Part shown: positions 61,414-64,000 of the stretch, one piece after another | Position numbering within the stretch: position 1 is the first letter of the stretch | Layout: every line of letters starts with the position of its first letter | NCBI GenBank assembly: GCA_965217115.1 | Contig: OZ244239.1 | Coordinates: 96,001 to 160,000, forward strand | Source of the DNA: Bdellovibrionales bacterium | Lineage (GTDB): Bacteria > Bdellovibrionota > Bdellovibrionia > Bdellovibrionales > CAYMLA01 | Reading direction: 5' to 3' | DNA length: 64,000 bases | Notes under the pieces: model-generated | The model's input: only the letters and a program-made list of their open reading frames with translations | Database searches by the model: none | What the model was told of the DNA's origin: nothing | Translations under genes and position numbers: made by a program

Positions 61414-62688
61414 TTAGATTTTGGAAACTCGACGCAATAGAACTAAGCCAATGATGAAAAGAACTATTAATGACAAAATAGAGAGACGTTCATTACCAGT
61501 GATAGCAGCAACCCAGCCCACTAATAAGGGGCCAAATATGGCCGATGTTTTTCCTACCATATTAAAGAAACCAAAATATTCTCCCGTTTGTTTTGCAGGA
61601 ACAAAGGACGCCATATAAGAGCGACTCAGAGATTGAACACCACCTTGGACGACCCCGATAATCATGGCCATAGCTATGAATTCTGTGACAGAGGACATAA
61701 AAAAAGCCCAGATTGTGACGATCGCGTAAACAATAATACAGGTGTAGAGACCCAGTACGGGGCCTTTCTTTTCAGCAAATTTTCCAAATAAAATAGCTGA
61801 GGGAAAACCAATGAACTGCGTGAGTAGGAGAGCCATAACTAGATTTTTTGTGTCAAAACCAAGGGCCTTACCGTAGTTAACGGACATTTTCATAACTGTA
61901 TAAACACCATCAATATAGAAAAAATAGGCAATAAGTAAGTAGAAGAGTTTCTTCTGTTGTGAGCGAATTTCTTTAGCCGTTTTAGTGAGACGACTAAAGG
62001 CTTTAACAACGCCCTGGAACAAACTCGGAGAGCCCTGTTCCTCCTGTGGCTCTTCAACAAAGAGAAGAATTGGGATAGAAAACACAGCCCACCATACAGC
62101 GACGGAAAGAAAAGCCCATAAAACAGCTTCCTCTGTGGATGTAGCACCAATCCATTGAGGATTTTCAATGAGTAGACTGTGAAAAGCCAAAAGAAGACCA
62201 CCACTGAGATAGCCCAGCCCAAAACCAAATCCTGAGACGAGATCAATCTTATTTTTAGGGGCAACAGAGGGGAGAAGAGAATCGTAAAAGATATTGGCTC
62301 CAAGAAAACCGATATGTGAGAGAATAAAGGCGGCAAGAGCGATCTCCCACTGTCCCACTTGCACAAAGTAAAGGTACCCCGTAGATGTAATACCAAAGAA
62401 TGCAAAGAAAGAGAGGAGGCGTTTTTTAGCATTAAGCTGATCGGCAATAGCACCTAGAATTGGCGCCAGAAAAACAAGACAGAGACTAGCGATGCTGTTT
62501 CCTAGGCCTAAGTAATAGGTGATATCTGTGGATGAGAGACCTGAGTCTTTTGCCCAGAACTCTCTAAAGAATATGGGGAAAAAGATAACAAGGACACTGG
62601 TTGCGTAGGTCGAATTGGCCCAATCATAGAGGGCCCAAGAAAAAATAGGGCGTGATCGGAGTGAAAAATCTTTTTGTTCTGTTCCCAT
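61414..62688 (-). CDS. MFS transporter, UMF1/Atg22-like
   Basis: SWALYDWANS, PILGAIAD, FYDSLL, QSLSRS, EYFGFF...GK. Confidence 0.9.
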   Translation of the reverse strand: MGTEQKDFSLRSRPIFSWALYDWANSTYATSVLVIFFPIFFREFWAKDSGLSSTDITYYLGLGNSIASLCLVFLAPILGAIADQLNAKKRLLSFFAFFGITSTGYLYFVQVGQWEIALAAFILSHIGFLGANIFYDSLLPSVAPKNKIDLVSGFGFGLGYLSGGLLLAFHSLLIENPQWIGATSTEEAVLWAFLSVAVWWAVFSIPILLFVEEPQEEQGSPSLFQGVVKAFSRLTKTAKEIRSQQKKLFYLLIAYFFYIDGVYTVMKMSVNYGKALGFDTKNLVMALLLTQFIGFPSAILFGKFAEKKGPVLGLYTCIIVYAIVTIWAFFMSSVTEFIAMAMIIGVVQGGVQSLSRSYMASFVPAKQTGEYFGFFNMVGKTSAIFGPLLVGWVAAITGNERLSILSLIVLFIIGLVLLRRVSKI

Positions 62689-62875
62689 GGGCCTACTGTG
62701 AATGGTGATCTAGAAAAATGCAAGTTTTATGGCTGTATTCTTTTAATAACGAGCACGGGGCAGGTAATATCCATGACTGACATAGACATTATATATTTAA
62801 ATGTTCTCTATGGAGCAGAATTCCTGTAGGATGATGCTCGTGACTCGATGGAAAATCAATTCTTAGGAGGAATAT

Positions 62876-64000
62876 TTGGAGTACATACAGGGCCTCTTCT
62901 TTAATAGTGATTACTATTTTCATTATGGCTGTGAAATCATTTTAGCGATATTGATAGCGACATTGATAGCGGGATATATCGGAGCACCGTTTTATATTTG
63001 GACATTGATCTTGGGAATCACTTTATTGAGTGTGGGGGCGCCTTTTTGGGCCCTGATTATTTTTCTTTTAATAGCCATTGTTTTTAATATTAAACCTTTA
63101 CGTGCAGTTTTAGTTTCATCTAGCTTGTTGAAGGTGATGAAAAAAATTGTTCCTCGAATTTCTGACACGGAGAGAATTGCATTGGATGCAGGTGCCGTTT
63201 GGGTGGAGGCGGAATTGTTTTCAGGCCATCCAAATTTCCCTAAAATGCTATCTGAGCCCTATGGTCAACTGACTGAAGAAGAGAGAGATTTTCTTGAAGG
63301 ACCTGTTAATAAGCTCTGTGGAATGGTGAATGATTGGGAACTCTGGCAAAAAAAAGAAATTCCGCAACAGGTTTGGGATTACATGAGAAATGAGAAATTC
63401 TTTGGTATGATTATTCCCAAAGAATACGGAGGTTTGGGATTCTCAGCAATGTGTCACAGTGAGGTGATTCAGACACTGGCTTCTCGAAGTGCAGCGACCT
63501 GTATTACGGTGATGGTTCCTAATTCACTGGGCCCTGCAGAGCTATTAAGCCACTATGGGACTGATAAGCAAAAAAAGCATTGGCTTCCCCGTTTAGCGAC
63601 AGGAGAAGAAATGCCCTGCTTTGCTCTTACAGAGCCTGAGGCCGGTAGTGACGCTGGTTCTATGCAATCCTATGGAATTGTTTTTAGAGACGACGATGGT
63701 GAATTAAAGATTCGTCTGTATTGGGAAAAACGTTATATCACATTGGCGGCGGTTGCCACTGTCCTGGGAATGGCCTTTCGTTTACGCGATCCAGATAATT
63801 TATTAGGTCAGGGTGAAGAGAGGGGAATTACTTGTGCGTTGATTTCTGCAGAAGCAGAAGGTGTTGTCTTAGGTCGTCGCCATGATCCGCTGGGTGTCCC
63901 CTTTTATAATTGCCCCACAAAAGGGGATGGTGTTGTTATTTCAGTGAACGATATCATTGGCGGTGTCGAAATGGCTGGCCAGGGTTGGATGATGTTAATG
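62876..64000 (+). CDS. fadE: Acyl-CoA dehydrogenase FadE, 3'-truncated by the window edge (absent from the ORF track)
   Basis: AGGAGG RBS and TTG start. In frame: ISDTERIALDAG, MVPNSLGPAELL, CFALTEPEAGSDAG, KRYITLA, GRRHDPLG. Confidence 0.92.
   Translation, partial: MEYIQGLFFNSDYYFHYGCEIILAILIATLIAGYIGAPFYIWTLILGITLLSVGAPFWALIIFLLIAIVFNIKPLRAVLVSSSLLKVMKKIVPRISDTERIALDAGAVWVEAELFSGHPNFPKMLSEPYGQLTEEERDFLEGPVNKLCGMVNDWELWQKKEIPQQVWDYMRNEKFFGMIIPKEYGGLGFSAMCHSEVIQTLASRSAATCITVMVPNSLGPAELLSHYGTDKQKKHWLPRLATGEEMPCFALTEPEAGSDAGSMQSYGIVFRDDDGELKIRLYWEKRYITLAAVATVLGMAFRLRDPDNLLGQGEERGITCALISAEAEGVVLGRRHDPLGVPFYNCPTKGDGVVISVNDIIGGVEMAGQGWMMLM

Noticed and set aside
7262..62723. Many short antisense or nested ORFs in the track
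   Set aside because: They are shadows of well-supported genes and have no recognisable motifs.

Overview
A ~40% GC bacterial chromosome segment. Gene content and order suggest Bdellovibrionota (inference). It is mostly housekeeping: rnc-era-der, a purM/N/B/C/S/Q/L/F cluster, aapJQMP, a TPR-TamB-Omp85 operon, lgt, hisS, rmuC, tRNA-Glu/Lys, csp, ung, glnS, lplA, oppDFABC, sohB and partial fadE. Accessory highlights: (1) three tandem FGE-sulfatase/C-type-lectin-fold lipoprotein paralogs whose C-terminal coding regions vary mainly at codon positions 1-2, as expected for diversity-generating retroelement (DGR) targets, with no RT or template repeat in the window; (2) a bufferin-type RiPP locus with a His-rich DUF2282 precursor and a fused DUF692 (MNIO)-DUF2063 enzyme; (3) a 3 x ~187 bp array of long hairpins with G-rich spacers after purF; (4) two copies of a MITE with 8-bp target-site duplications and a covarying 153-bp internal hairpin; (5) two mosaic regions made of collinear fragments of neighbouring DNA, either real template switching or assembly/polishing artefacts; (6) an uncharacterised Rossmann-like gene overlapping purN and purB.
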